Shown here: piece by piece, positions 36,392 through 50,179 of the stretch
Layout: each line of letters opens with the position of its first letter
Numbering within the stretch: the stretch's first letter is position 1
DNA from: Mustelus asterias
Taxonomy: Eukaryota
Direction of reading: 5' to 3'
Assembly (NCBI RefSeq): GCF_964213995.1
Contig: NC_135808.1
Coordinates: forward strand, 50,840,001-50,904,000
DNA: 64,000 nt
The notes under the pieces: model-generated
Seen by the model: only the letters and a program-made list of their open reading frames with translations
The model's database searches: none
What the model was told of the DNA's origin: nothing
Translations under genes and position numbers: made by a program

Positions 36392-37467
36392 ATCTGTAAA
36401 GCAGTTTCATAATTAGTGATCTGTGTTAAGTCTTTGTATCTTGGAGATCTCCCTTCTCTTGAACATTGTGTTTATGTGAGCAAAGTCTGTTAGAACCATA
36501 GAAAATTACAGCTCAGAAACAGGCCTTTTGGCCCTTCTTGTCTGTGCCGAACCATTTTCTGTCCAGTCCCACTGACCTGCACTTGGACCATATCCCTCCA
36601 CACCCCTCTCATCCATGAACCCGTCCAAGTTTTTCTTAAATATGTTAAAAGCATTTACCACTTTATCCGGCAGCTCATTCCACACTCCCACCACTCTCTG
36701 CGTGAAGAAGCCCCCCCTAATATTCCCTTTAAACTTTTCTCCTTTCACCCTTAACCCATGCCCTCTGGTTTTTTTCTCCCCTAGCCTCAGCGGAAAAAGC
36801 CTGCTTGCATTCACTCTATCTATACCCATCAAAATCTTATACACCTCTATCAAATCTCCCCTCAATCTTCTATGCTCCAGGGAATAAAGTCCCAACCTAT
36901 TCAATCTCTCTCTGTAACTCAGCTTCTCAAGTCCCGGCAACATCCTTGTGAACCTTCTCTGCACTCTTTCAACCTTATTTACATCCTTCCTGTAACTAGG
37001 TGACCAAAACTGTACACAATACTCCAAATTCAGCCTCACCAATGCCTTATATAACCTTACCATAACACTCCAACTTTTATACTCCATACTCCGATTTATA
37101 AAGGCCAATGTACCAAAGGCACTCTTTACGACCCTATCCACCTGTGACATCACTTCTGGGGAATTCTGTACCTGTATTCCCAGATCCCTCTGTTCAACTG
37201 CACTCTTCAGAGTTTGAGGCGCGTCTGATAAATAGACAAGGCTGATGATGCCAGGAACAGAAGGCTTTTATTCGCTAAAAAGGAACGATGTGGAACAGGC
37301 AATAAACAGAACAATACTGGGCATGAGGATCTCCCGACTGAGGCCGGAGGGGGAGGGCTGCAGCCTTTATACCCTGAGGGCGGAGCCTCCAGTTAAAGGT
37401 GTGTGGTGAACCATCGTTGGTTCCCACTGGATAGTGCTGAGCCAGGGGCTGGCCAGTACTACAAGGC

Positions 37468-40400
37468 CACTGGCTACCTGGCAGCCTCCGCAGCGGTCAC
37501 CACAGATGATGACAGACTCCGGGTCCTCCATGCGAGGGTAAGCGACACTGTCTACCTCGCGATCCGTGCGGCCACTAATTACCCTAAGGCCCTCGAGCTT
37601 CTAAAGAAGCGCTATACCAAACCACCTAACGAGATACACGCTCGTTACCTCCTAGCCACTCGACGACGGCAGTCTGGCGAAACGATGGAGGAATATGCGA
37701 ATAAGCTCCTACAGCTAGCCAGGGGCTGTGACTGCAAAGCTGTGTCGGCTGAGCAGAGCATGTACGACCTCGCCCGAGATGCGTTTGTGGCCGGGGTCGG
37801 ATCGTCGTACATTCGACTTAAACTGTTGGAGAAGGGTAACCTTAATCTTACCCAGGCCATCGAGTTAGCAGAGATGCTCGAGTCGGCCTCCAAGAGCTTA
37901 GTTTTATATCCGGAGGACCATGTGGAGACAACGTGGCAGGAGCAGTCGCAAATTCCTCCTCGTCCCTCGGGTTCGAAATGCTGTGTAATGGCGTGCTCCC
38001 ATTCGGGCCAGGCGACGGCTGCAGCCCCGAGCGGCCCGCGGTGCTATTTCTGTGGAGGAGTGAAGCATACTCGGCAAAAGTGTCCCGCTAAAGCTGTGTT
38101 GTGCACCGCATGTGGTAAAAAAGGGCATTATTCAAAAGTGTGCCGATCTAAACCCAGGAACGGCAGTGCGGCCTGCGATTCTTCAGAGCTCAGGTCTTCG
38201 TCGTCGAAGTCGTCGCGGGGTTCGTCCACATGCGAGACCAGGACGATGCCATTACGGTCGACGGAGTCGGAGGAGTATGACCACCAGGGGTCGCTGAGTT
38301 TGGCGCCCTCGCCCACGTGCGATTCATGGGGGCAGCCATGTTGGTCGACACTGACCACGAACGACCAGCAGGGGTCCTCCTCATCGATTTCAGCTGCCTG
38401 CAGTGGCGCTCATGAACCAACGGTGGCGTCGATCATCCTGGACCAGGCCAAGCCTCATAGACTTGACAAATCTATGATGAATATCCAGGTAAATAACCAC
38501 GTGATTTATTGTCTGTTTGACAGCGGGAGCACTGAGAGCTTTATCCACCCAGACACGGTGAAGCGGTGTGGACTCCAGATTCAACCTGCCAAACAGACAA
38601 TCTCTATGGCATCAAGGTCCCGGTCTGTTGCCGCGCTAGGGAGTTGCGTGGTAACCTTGAAGGTGCAAGGCACAGTTTACGAGCGATTCAAGCTCCTTGT
38701 GTTGCCATATCTTTGCGCGCCAATACTTCTCGGACTAAACTTCATGGTCCACTTGAGGAGTGTAATCCTACAGTACGGTGGGCCACTCCCTTCACTGGCA
38801 GTGGGAAAACAGCAGCAGCCTCCAAATTGCCCAACGCGCCCCGCCTGCAGCCTCTCGACGCTGACGATCACCACACCCTCCTTGTTCCAGAATCTTGTGC
38901 CAGGCTGCAAGCCCATCGTGACTAAAAGTAGGCGTTACAGCACTGAGGATCAGATCTTCATTAGATCTGAGGTTCAGCGGCTCCTCAAAGAAAGGATCAT
39001 ACAACCCAGTGCTAGTCCGTGGAGAGCGCAGGTCGTGGTAGTCAAGAGCGGGAACAAACCCCGGATGGTCATTGACTATAGTCAGACCATTAGCCGATAT
39101 ACGCAGCTGGATGCGTATCCCCTCCCGCGCATATCTGATATGGTCAATCAGATTGCGCAGTACCGGGTGTTCTCCACCATAGACCTCAAGTCTGCCTGCC
39201 ACCAACTCCCCATTCGCCCAGAGGACCGACAATACACGGCTTTTGAGGCGGATGGTCACTTGTATCACTTTCTCAGGGTTCCCTTTGGTGTCACCAATGG
39301 GGTCTCGGTCTTCCAGTGTGCTATGGACCGAATGGTGGACCAGAACGGGCTGCGGGCTACCTTCCCGTACCTGGATAATGTCACCATCTGCGGCCATGAC
39401 CAGCAGGACCACGACATAAACCTCCTGAACTTCTTACGCACTGCATCTCACCTGAACTTGACCTACAACAGGGAGAAGTGTGTATTCCGTACACGCCGGT
39501 TAGCCATCCTGGGATACGTGGTGGAAAACGGGGTCACTGGCCCTGATCCAGACCGTATGCGCCCCCTTTCTGAACTTCCCTTACCTGCTAGTGCAAAAGC
39601 ACTGAGAAGATGCTTAGGCTTCTTCTCTTATTATGCACAGTGGGTTCCCAACTACGCGGATAAAGCCCGTCCGCTCATTAAGTCCACGACTTTTCCCCTA
39701 ATGCCAGAGGCCCGATTGGCCTTCGATAAATTGAAAGCTGACATCACGAAAGCCACGATGCACGCGGTAGACGAGTCCATCCCCTTTCAGGTGGAGAGCG
39801 ATGCATCTGATTTCGCCCTGGCCGCCACATTTAACCAGGCGGGCAGGCCCGTCGCATTTTTTTCCCGCACCCTCCAAGGCCCCGAAATTCGGCATTCAGC
39901 GGTGGAAAAGGAGGCCCAGGCCATTGTGGAGGCCGTCAGGCACTGGTGCCATTACTTGGCGGGAAAACGGTTCACCCTGATCACGGACCAGCGGTCCGTG
40001 GCGTTCATGTTTAACAACACGCAGAGGGGCAAGATCAAGAATGACAAAATCTTGCGGTGGAGAATTGAACTCTCCACCTATAACTACGACATCATGTATT
40101 GTCCAGGGTAACTCAATGAGCCCTCGGATGCCCTCTCGCGTGGAACATGCGCTAGTATACAGGAGGACCGTTTGCACGCCCTCCATAATGACCTGTGCCA
40201 TCCTGGGGGTCACTCGGCTCTACCACTTTATAAAAGCCCGCAACCTGCCTTACTCGGTGGAGGACGTCAGGTCAGTAACAAGGAGCTGTCGGATTTGCGC
40301 GGAATGCAAACCGCACTTTTACCGACCTGACCGGGCACATTTAGTCAAGGCCACTCGTCCCTTCGAGAGACTGAGTGTCGATTTTAAGGGCCCCCTTCCC

Positions 40401-41369
40401 TCAATAGATCGGAATGTGTACTTCCTCAATATCATTGATGAGTACTCTCGGTTCCCTTTTGTTGTTCCCTGCTCTGATACATCCGCTGCCACGGTTATCA
40501 AGGCATTTCGTGATCTCTTTACCCTGTTCGGGTACCCCAGCTACATCCATAGCGACAGGGGCTCGTCGTTCATGAGTGATGACTTGAGGCAATTCCTGCT
40601 CTCATACGGGATTGCCTCTAGTAGGACCACGAGTTACAACCCTAGGGGTAACGGACAGGTGGAACGTGAGAATGCTACAGTCTGGAAGGCTGTCTTACTG
40701 GCGTTGAAGTCAAAAGGTCTTCCAGTCTCCCGCTGGCAAGAGGTGCTCCCTGATGCGCTCCATTCTATTCGCTCCCTCCTGTGTACAGCAACCAATGCTA
40801 CTCCCCACGAGAGGATGTTCTCATTCTCTCGGAAGTCTTCCTCGGGGACTTCATTACCGTCTTGGTTGACGTACTCAGGACCCGTCCTCCTGCGGCGACA
40901 TGTAAGGGCCCGCAAGTCCGACCCGTTGGTCGAACAGGTCCATCTCCTCCACGCCAACCCTCAGTATGCCTATGTGGCATACCCTGACGGGCGAGAGGAC
41001 ATGGTCTCGATCCGAGACCTGGCGCCAGCAGGGGACGTAGCAACTCCTGTCGCTCCCATACCCCCTGTAACAAACCCTTTATCTCTTGTTTCTTCCCCGG
41101 ACACGGCGCGGGCAGCATCGGGACCATTGCTTAACCATTTTACCCCCATGTACAGCTTGCCTGAGCCCAGAAGATGGTCGCCACCGCAGGGCGTGTCAGG
41201 ATCCCCTGGACTACCGTCACCTCAGGGTCAACCGGCCTGTGAGTCCGTGGAAGAACAGCTGGATGCCGTTTTGGGGAGAACGCCACCGCAAGTGCCTACT
41301 CCGGTGTCACCGCCGGTATTGAGGAGGTCACAACGACGGTGCGGTCCCCCTGACCGTCTGAACTTATAG
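37468..41369 (+). pseudogene. gag-pol, copy 1 (start deleted, stop at 40109-40111, +1 frameshift at 40205-40209)
   Basis: CCHC knuckles, LFDSGS protease, RT, RNase H, integrase; lesions identified by comparison with the minus-strand relative. Confidence 0.9.
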
Positions 41370-41800
41370 ACTGCTGACACTTTATCCTGTTTTTTTTGTA
41401 CCCCGCCGGCCTTTGTTCTCAAAGGAGGGGTGAATGTGGTGAACCATCGTTGGTTCCCACTGGATAGTGCTGAGCCAGGGGCTGGCCAGGACTACAAGGC
41501 TGTACATATGTTACTGTTGGGTTGTGCTATTGTTGCTGTTGGGGTTAGGGTGGGGTTGTTACACCTTTGTACTGTAGTGTTGTGGCACATCCCAGTCGGG
41601 CTCCGCCTCCTGGGAGAGGTATAAGAGTCCCTGCTCTGGCCGGGACCCCTTCAGTCTGGGATAGTGTATATAAGTTCTGGTAGCTTCGTTAACAGTAAAT
41701 AAAAGCCTTTCATTTACTGAGCTTCAAGCCTCGTGTCTGAATAGCGCATCAATTTTATTTACTGTCGTTAAACTCTCGTCGAAAAAAAAAGAGAGAGAGT

Positions 41801-44800
41801 ATGGAGCAAATTCTGAAGCCGGAACGCCTTACGCTAGATCCACGTGCGGTGGGCGCTTCTAACACCTTCGACCACTGGCTACCTGGCAGCCTCCGCAGCG
41901 GTCACCACAGATGATGACAGACTCCGGGTCCTCCATGCGAGGGTAAGCGACACTGTCTACCTCGCGATCCGTGCGGCCACTAATTACCCTAAGGCCCTCG
42001 AGCTTCTAAAGAAGCGCTATACCAAACCACCTAACGAGATACACGCTCGTTACCTCCTAGCCACTCGACGACGGCAGTCTGGCGAAACGATGGAGGAATA
42101 TGCGAATAAGCTCCTACAGCTAGCCAGGGGCTGTGACTGCAAAGCTGTGTCGGCTGAGCAGAGCATGTACGACCTCGCCCGAGATGCGTTTGTGGCCGGG
42201 GTCGGATCGTCGTACATTCGACTTAAACTGTTGGAGAAGGGTAACCTTAATCTTACCCAGGCCATCGAGTTAGCAGAGATGCTCGAGTCGGCCTCCAAGA
42301 GCTTAGTTTTATATCCGGAGGACCATGTGGAGACAACGTGGCAGGAGCAGTCGCAAATTCCTCCTCGTCCCTCGGGTTCGAAATGCTGTGTAATGGCGTG
42401 CTCCCATTCGGGCCAGGCGACGGCTGCAGCCCCGAGCGGCCCGCGGTGCTATTTCTGTGGAGGAGTGAAGCATACTCGGCAAAAGTGTCCCGCTAAAGCT
42501 GTGTTGTGCACCGCATGTGGTAAAAAAGGGCATTATTCAAAAGTGTGCCGATCTAAACCCAGGAACGGCAGTGCGGCCTGCGATTCTTCAGAGCTCAGGT
42601 CTTCGTCGTCGAAGTCGTCGCGGGGTTCGTCCACATGCGAGACCAGGACGATGCCATTACGGTCGACGGAGTCGGAGGAGTATGACCACCAGGGGTCGCT
42701 GAGTTTGGCGCCCTCGCCCACGTGCGATTCATGGGGGCAGCCATGTTGGTCGACACTGACCACGAACGACCAGCAGGGGTCCTCCTCATCGATTTCAGCT
42801 GCCTGCAGTGGCGCTCATGAACCAACGGTGGCGTCGATCATCCTGGACCAGGCCAAGCCTCATAGACTTGACAAATCTATGATGAATATCCAGGTAAATA
42901 ACCACGTGATTTATTGTCTGTTTGACAGCGGGAGCACTGAGAGCTTTATCCACCCAGACACGGTGAAGCGGTGTGGACTCCAGATTCAACCTGCCAAACA
43001 GACAATCTCTATGGCATCAAGGTCCCGGTCTGTTGCCGCGCTAGGGAGTTGCGTGGTAACCTTGAAGGTGCAAGGCACAGTTTACGAGCGATTCAAGCTC
43101 CTTGTGTTGCCATATCTTTGCGCGCCAATACTTCTCGGACTAAACTTCATGGTCCACTTGAGGAGTGTAATCCTACAGTACGGTGGGCCACTCCCTTCAC
43201 TGGCAGTGGGAAAACAGCAGCAGCCTCCAAATTGCCCAACGCGCCCCGCCTGCAGCCTCTCGACGCTGACGATCACCACACCCTCCTTGTTCCAGAATCT
43301 TGTGCCAGGCTGCAAGCCCATCGTGACTAAAAGTAGGCGTTACAGCACTGAGGATCAGATCTTCATTAGATCTGAGGTTCAGCGGCTCCTCAAAGAAAGG
43401 ATCATACAACCCAGTGCTAGTCCGTGGAGAGCGCAGGTCGTGGTAGTCAAGAGCGGGAACAAACCCCGGATGGTCATTGACTATAGTCAGACCATTAGCC
43501 GATATACGCAGCTGGATGCGTATCCCCTCCCGCGCATATCTGATATGGTCAATCAGATTGCGCAGTACCGGGTGTTCTCCACCATAGACCTCAAGTCTGC
43601 CTGCCACCAACTCCCCATTCGCCCAGAGGACCGACAATACACGGCTTTTGAGGCGGATGGTCACTTGTATCACTTTCTCAGGGTTCCCTTTGGTGTCACC
43701 AATGGGGTCTCGGTCTTCCAGTGTGCTATGGACCGAATGGTGGACCAGAACGGGCTGCGGGCTACCTTCCCGTACCTGGATAATGTCACCATCTGCGGCC
43801 ATGACCAGCAGGACCACGACATAAACCTCCTGAACTTCTTACGCACTGCATCTCACCTGAACTTGACCTACAACAGGGAGAAGTGTGTATTCCGTACACG
43901 CCGGTTAGCCATCCTGGGATACGTGGTGGAAAACGGGGTCACTGGCCCTGATCCAGACCGTATGCGCCCCCTTTCTGAACTTCCCTTACCTGCTAGTGCA
44001 AAAGCACTGAGAAGATGCTTAGGCTTCTTCTCTTATTATGCACAGTGGGTTCCCAACTACGCGGATAAAGCCCGTCCGCTCATTAAGTCCACGACTTTTC
44101 CCCTAATGCCAGAGGCCCGATTGGCCTTCGATAAATTGAAAGCTGACATCACGAAAGCCACGATGCACGCGGTAGACGAGTCCATCCCCTTTCAGGTGGA
44201 GAGCGATGCATCTGATTTCGCCCTGGCCGCCACATTTAACCAGGCGGGCAGGCCCGTCGCATTTTTTTCCCGCACCCTCCAAGGCCCCGAAATTCGGCAT
44301 TCAGCGGTGGAAAAGGAGGCCCAGGCCATTGTGGAGGCCGTCAGGCACTGGTGCCATTACTTGGCGGGAAAACGGTTCACCCTGATCACGGACCAGCGGT
44401 CCGTGGCGTTCATGTTTAACAACACGCAGAGGGGCAAGATCAAGAATGACAAAATCTTGCGGTGGAGAATTGAACTCTCCACCTATAACTACGACATCAT
44501 GTATTGTCCAGGGTAACTCAATGAGCCCTCGGATGCCCTCTCGCGTGGAACATGCGCTAGTATACAGGAGGACCGTTTGCACGCCCTCCATAATGACCTG
44601 TGCCATCCTGGGGGTCACTCGGCTCTACCACTTTATAAAAGCCCGCAACCTGCCTTACTCGGTGGAGGACGTCAGGTCAGTAACAAGGAGCTGTCGGATT
44701 TGCGCGGAATGCAAACCGCACTTTTACCGACCTGACCGGGCACATTTAGTCAAGGCCACTCGTCCCTTCGAGAGACTGAGTGTCGATTTTAAGGGCCCCC

Positions 44801-45774
44801 TTCCCTCAATAGATCGGAATGTGTACTTCCTCAATATCATTGATGAGTACTCTCGGTTCCCTTTTGTTGTTCCCTGCTCTGATACATCCGCTGCCACGGT
44901 TATCAAGGCATTTCGTGATCTCTTTACCCTGTTCGGGTACCCCAGCTACATCCATAGCGACAGGGGCTCGTCGTTCATGAGTGATGACTTGAGGCAATTC
45001 CTGCTCTCATACGGGATTGCCTCTAGTAGGACCACGAGTTACAACCCTAGGGGTAACGGACAGGTGGAACGTGAGAATGCTACAGTCTGGAAGGCTGTCT
45101 TACTGGCGTTGAAGTCAAAAGGTCTTCCAGTCTCCCGCTGGCAAGAGGTGCTCCCTGATGCGCTCCATTCTATTCGCTCCCTCCTGTGTACAGCAACCAA
45201 TGCTACTCCCCACGAGAGGATGTTCTCATTCTCTCGGAAGTCTTCCTCGGGGACTTCATTACCGTCTTGGTTGACGTACTCAGGACCCGTCCTCCTGCGG
45301 CGACATGTAAGGGCCCGCAAGTCCGACCCGTTGGTCGAACAGGTCCATCTCCTCCACGCCAACCCTCAGTATGCCTATGTGGCATACCCTGACGGGCGAG
45401 AGGACATGGTCTCGATCCGAGACCTGGCGCCAGCAGGGGACGTAGCAACTCCTGTCGCTCCCATACCCCCTGTAACAAACCCTTTATCTCTTGTTTCTTC
45501 CCCGGACACGGCGCGGGCAGCATCGGGACCATTGCTTAACCATTTTACCCCCATGTACAGCTTGCCTGAGCCCAGAAGATGGTCGCCACCGCAGGGCGTG
45601 TCAGGATCCCCTGGACTACCGTCACCTCAGGGTCAACCGGCCTGTGAGTCCGTGGAAGAACAGCTGGATGCCGTTTTGGGGAGAACGCCACCGCAAGTGC
45701 CTACTCCGGTGTCACCGCCGGTATTGAGGAGGTCACAACGACGGTGCGGTCCCCCTGACCGTCTGAACTTATAG
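41801..45774 (+). pseudogene. gag-pol, copy 2
   Basis: ATG at 41801 (MEQILKPERLTLDP) is frameshifted after FDHWL; same stop and +1 frameshift as copy 1. Confidence 0.9.
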
Positions 45775-46205
45775 ACTGCTGACACTTTATCCTGTTTTTT
45801 TTGTACCCCGCCGGCCTTTGTTCTCAAAGGAGGGGTGAATGTGGTGAACCATCGTTGGTTCCCACTGGATAGTGCTGAGCCAGGGGCTGGCCAGGACTAC
45901 AAGGCTGTACATATGTTACTGTTGGGTTGTGCTATTGTTGCTGTTGGGGTTAGGGTGGGGTTGTTACACCTTTGTACTGTAGTGTTGTGGCACATCCCAG
46001 TCGGGCTCCGCCTCCTGGGAGAGGTATAAGAGTCCCTGCTCTGGCCGGGACCCCTTCAGTCTGGGATAGTGTATATAAGTTCTGGTAGCTTCGTTAACAG
46101 TAAATAAAAGCCTTTCATTTACTGAGCTTCAAGCCTCGTGTCTGAATAGCGCATCAATTTTATTTACTGTCGTTAAACTCTCGTCGAAAAAAAAAGAGAG
46201 AGAGT

Positions 46206-49200
46206 ATGGAGCAAATTCTGAAGCCGGAACGCCTTACGCTAGATCCACGTGCGGTGGGCGCTTCTAACACCTTCGACCACTGGCTACCTGGCAGCCTCCG
46301 CAGCGGTCACCACAGATGATGACAGACTCCGGGTCCTCCATGCGAGGGTAAGCGACACTGTCTACCTCGCGATCCGTGCGGCCACTAATTACCCTAAGGC
46401 CCTCGAGCTTCTAAAGAAGCGCTATACCAAACCACCTAACGAGATACACGCTCGTTACCTCCTAGCCACTCGACGACGGCAGTCTGGCGAAACGATGGAG
46501 GAATATGCGAATAAGCTCCTACAGCTAGCCAGGGGCTGTGACTGCAAAGCTGTGTCGGCTGAGCAGAGCATGTACGACCTCGCCCGAGATGCGTTTGTGG
46601 CCGGGGTCGGATCGTCGTACATTCGACTTAAACTGTTGGAGAAGGGTAACCTTAATCTTACCCAGGCCATCGAGTTAGCAGAGATGCTCGAGTCGGCCTC
46701 CAAGAGCTTAGTTTTATATCCGGAGGACCATGTGGAGACAACGTGGCAGGAGCAGTCGCAAATTCCTCCTCGTCCCTCGGGTTCGAAATGCTGTGTAATG
46801 GCGTGCTCCCATTCGGGCCAGGCGACGGCTGCAGCCCCGAGCGGCCCGCGGTGCTATTTCTGTGGAGGAGTGAAGCATACTCGGCAAAAGTGTCCCGCTA
46901 AAGCTGTGTTGTGCACCGCATGTGGTAAAAAAGGGCATTATTCAAAAGTGTGCCGATCTAAACCCAGGAACGGCAGTGCGGCCTGCGATTCTTCAGAGCT
47001 CAGGTCTTCGTCGTCGAAGTCGTCGCGGGGTTCGTCCACATGCGAGACCAGGACGATGCCATTACGGTCGACGGAGTCGGAGGAGTATGACCACCAGGGG
47101 TCGCTGAGTTTGGCGCCCTCGCCCACGTGCGATTCATGGGGGCAGCCATGTTGGTCGACACTGACCACGAACGACCAGCAGGGGTCCTCCTCATCGATTT
47201 CAGCTGCCTGCAGTGGCGCTCATGAACCAACGGTGGCGTCGATCATCCTGGACCAGGCCAAGCCTCATAGACTTGACAAATCTATGATGAATATCCAGGT
47301 AAATAACCACGTGATTTATTGTCTGTTTGACAGCGGGAGCACTGAGAGCTTTATCCACCCAGACACGGTGAAGCGGTGTGGACTCCAGATTCAACCTGCC
47401 AAACAGACAATCTCTATGGCATCAAGGTCCTGGTCTGTTGCCGCGCTAGGGAGTTGCGTGGTAACCTTGAAGGTGCAAGGCACAGTTTACGAGCGATTCA
47501 AGCTCCTTGTGTTGCCATATCTTTGCGCGCCAATACTTCTCGGACTAAACTTCATGGTCCACTTGAGGAGTGTAATCCTACAGTACGGTGGGCCACTCCC
47601 TTCACTGGCAGTGGGAAAACAGCAGCAGCCTCCAAATTGCCCAACGCGCCCCGCCTGCAGCCTCTCGACGCTGACGATCACCACACCCTCCTTGTTCCAG
47701 AATCTTGTGCCAGGCTGCAAGCCCATCGTGACTAAAAGTAGGCGTTACAGCACTGAGGATCAGATCTTCATTAGATCTGAGGTTCAGCGGCTCCTCAAAG
47801 AAAGGATCATACAACCCAGTGCTAGTCCGTGGAGAGCGCAGGTCGTGGTAGTCAAGAGCGGGAACAAACCCCGGATGGTCATTGACTATAGTCAGACCAT
47901 TAGCCGATATACGCAGCTGGATGCGTATCCCCTCCCGCGCATATCTGATATGGTCAATCAGATTGCGCAGTACCGGGTGTTCTCCACCATAGACCTCAAG
48001 TCTGCCTGCCACCAACTCCCCATTCGCCCAGAGGACCGACAATACACGGCTTTTGAGGCGGATGGTCACTTGTATCACTTTCTCAGGGTTCCCTTTGGTG
48101 TCACCAATGGGGTCTCGGTCTTCCAGTGTGCTATGGACCGAATGGTGGACCAGAACGGGCTGCGGGCTACCTTCCCGTACCTGGATAATGTCACCATCTG
48201 CGGCCATGACCAGCAGGACCACGACATAAACCTCCTGAACTTCTTACGCACTGCATCTCACCTGAACTTGACCTACAACAGGGAGAAGTGTGTATTCCGT
48301 ACACGCCGGTTAGCCATCCTGGGATACGTGGTGGAAAACGGGGTCACTGGCCCTGATCCAGACCGTATGCGCCCCCTTTCTGAACTTCCCTTACCTGCTA
48401 GTGCAAAAGCACTGAGAAGATGCTTAGGCTTCTTCTCTTATTATGCACAGTGGGTTCCCAACTACGCGGATAAAGCCCGTCCGCTCATTAAGTCCACGAC
48501 TTTTCCCCTAATGCCAGAGGCCCGATTGGCCTTCGATAAATTGAAAGCTGACATCACGAAAGCCACGATGCACGCGGTAGACGAGTCCATCCCCTTTCAG
48601 GTGGAGAGCGATGCATCTGATTTCGCCCTGGCCGCCACATTTAACCAGGCGGGCAGGCCCGTCGCATTTTTTTCCCGCACCCTCCAAGGCCCCGAAATTC
48701 GGCATTCAGCGGTGGAAAAGGAGGCCCAGGCCATTGTGGAGGCCGTCAGGCACTGGTACCATTACTTGGCGGGAAAACGGTTCACCCTGATCACGGACCA
48801 GCGGTCCGTGGCGTTCATGTTTAACAACACGCAGAGGGGCAAGATCAAGAATGACAAAATCTTGCGGTGGAGAATTGAACTCTCCACCTATAACTACGAC
48901 ATCATGTATTGTCCAGGGTAACTCAATGAGCCCTCGGATGCCCTCTCGCGTGGAACATGCGCTAGTATACAGGAGGACCGTTTGCACGCCCTCCATAATG
49001 ACCTGTGCCATCCTGGGGGTCACTCGGCTCTACCACTTTATAAAAGCCCGCAACCTGCCTTACTCGGTGGAGGACGTCAGGTCAGTAACAAGGAGCTGTC
49101 GGATTTGCGCGGAATGCAAACCGCACTTTTACCGACCTGACCGGGCACATTTAGTCAAGGCCACTCGTCCCTTCGAGAGACTGAGTGTCGATTTTAAGGG

Positions 49201-50179
49201 CCCCCTTCCCTCAATAGATCGGAATGTGTACTTCCTCAATATCATTGATGAGTACTCTCGGTTCCCTTTTGTTGTTCCCTGCTCTGATACATCCGCTGCC
49301 ACGGTTATCAAGGCATTTCGTGATCTCTTTACCCTGTTCGGGTACCCCAGCTACATCCATAGCGACAGGGGCTCGTCGTTCATGAGTGATGACTTGAGGC
49401 AATTCCTGCTCTCATACGGGATTGCCTCTAGTAGGACCACGAGTTACAACCCTAGGGGTAACGGACAGGTGGAACGTGAGAATGCTACAGTCTGGAAGGC
49501 TGTCTTACTGGCGTTGAAGTCAAAAGGTCTTCCAGTCTCCCGCTGGCAAGAGGTGCTCCCTGATGCGCTCCATTCTATTCGCTCCCTCCTGTGTACAGCA
49601 ACCAATGCTACTCCCCACGAGAGGATGTTCTCATTCTCTCGGAAGTCTTCCTCGGGGACTTCATTACCGTCTTGGTTGACGTACTCAGGACCCGTCCTCC
49701 TGCGGCGACATGTAAGGGCCCGCAAGTCCGACCCGTTGGTCGAACAGGTCCATCTCCTCCACGCCAACCCTCAGTATGCCTATGTGGCATACCCTGACGG
49801 GCGAGAGGACATGGTCTCGATCCGAGACCTGGCGCCAGCAGGGGACGTAGCAACTCCTGTCGCTCCCATACCCCCTGTAACAAACCCTTTATCTCTTGTT
49901 TCTTCCCCGGACACGGCGCGGGCAGCATCGGGACCATTGCTTAACCATTTTACCCCCATGTACAGCTTGCCTGAGCCCAGAAGATGGTCGCCACCGCAGG
50001 GCGTGTCAGGATCCCCTGGACTACCGTCACCTCAGGGTCAACCGGCCTGTGAGTCCGTGGAAGAACAGCTGGATGCCGTTTTGGGGAGAACGCCACCGCA
50101 AGTGCCTACTCCGGTGTCACCGCCGGTATTGAGGAGGTCACAACGACGGTGCGGTCCCCCTGACCGTCTGAACTTATAG
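46206..50179 (+). pseudogene. gag-pol, copy 3
   Basis: Same three lesions; private substitutions at 47431 and 48758. Confidence 0.9.

Noticed and set aside
37403-40111. 902-aa ORF (and the 890-aa and 442-aa ORFs) as functional proteins
   Set aside because: Start sites are artefacts of a deletion or frameshift; the true gag ATG is out of frame and pol has a stop and a frameshift.
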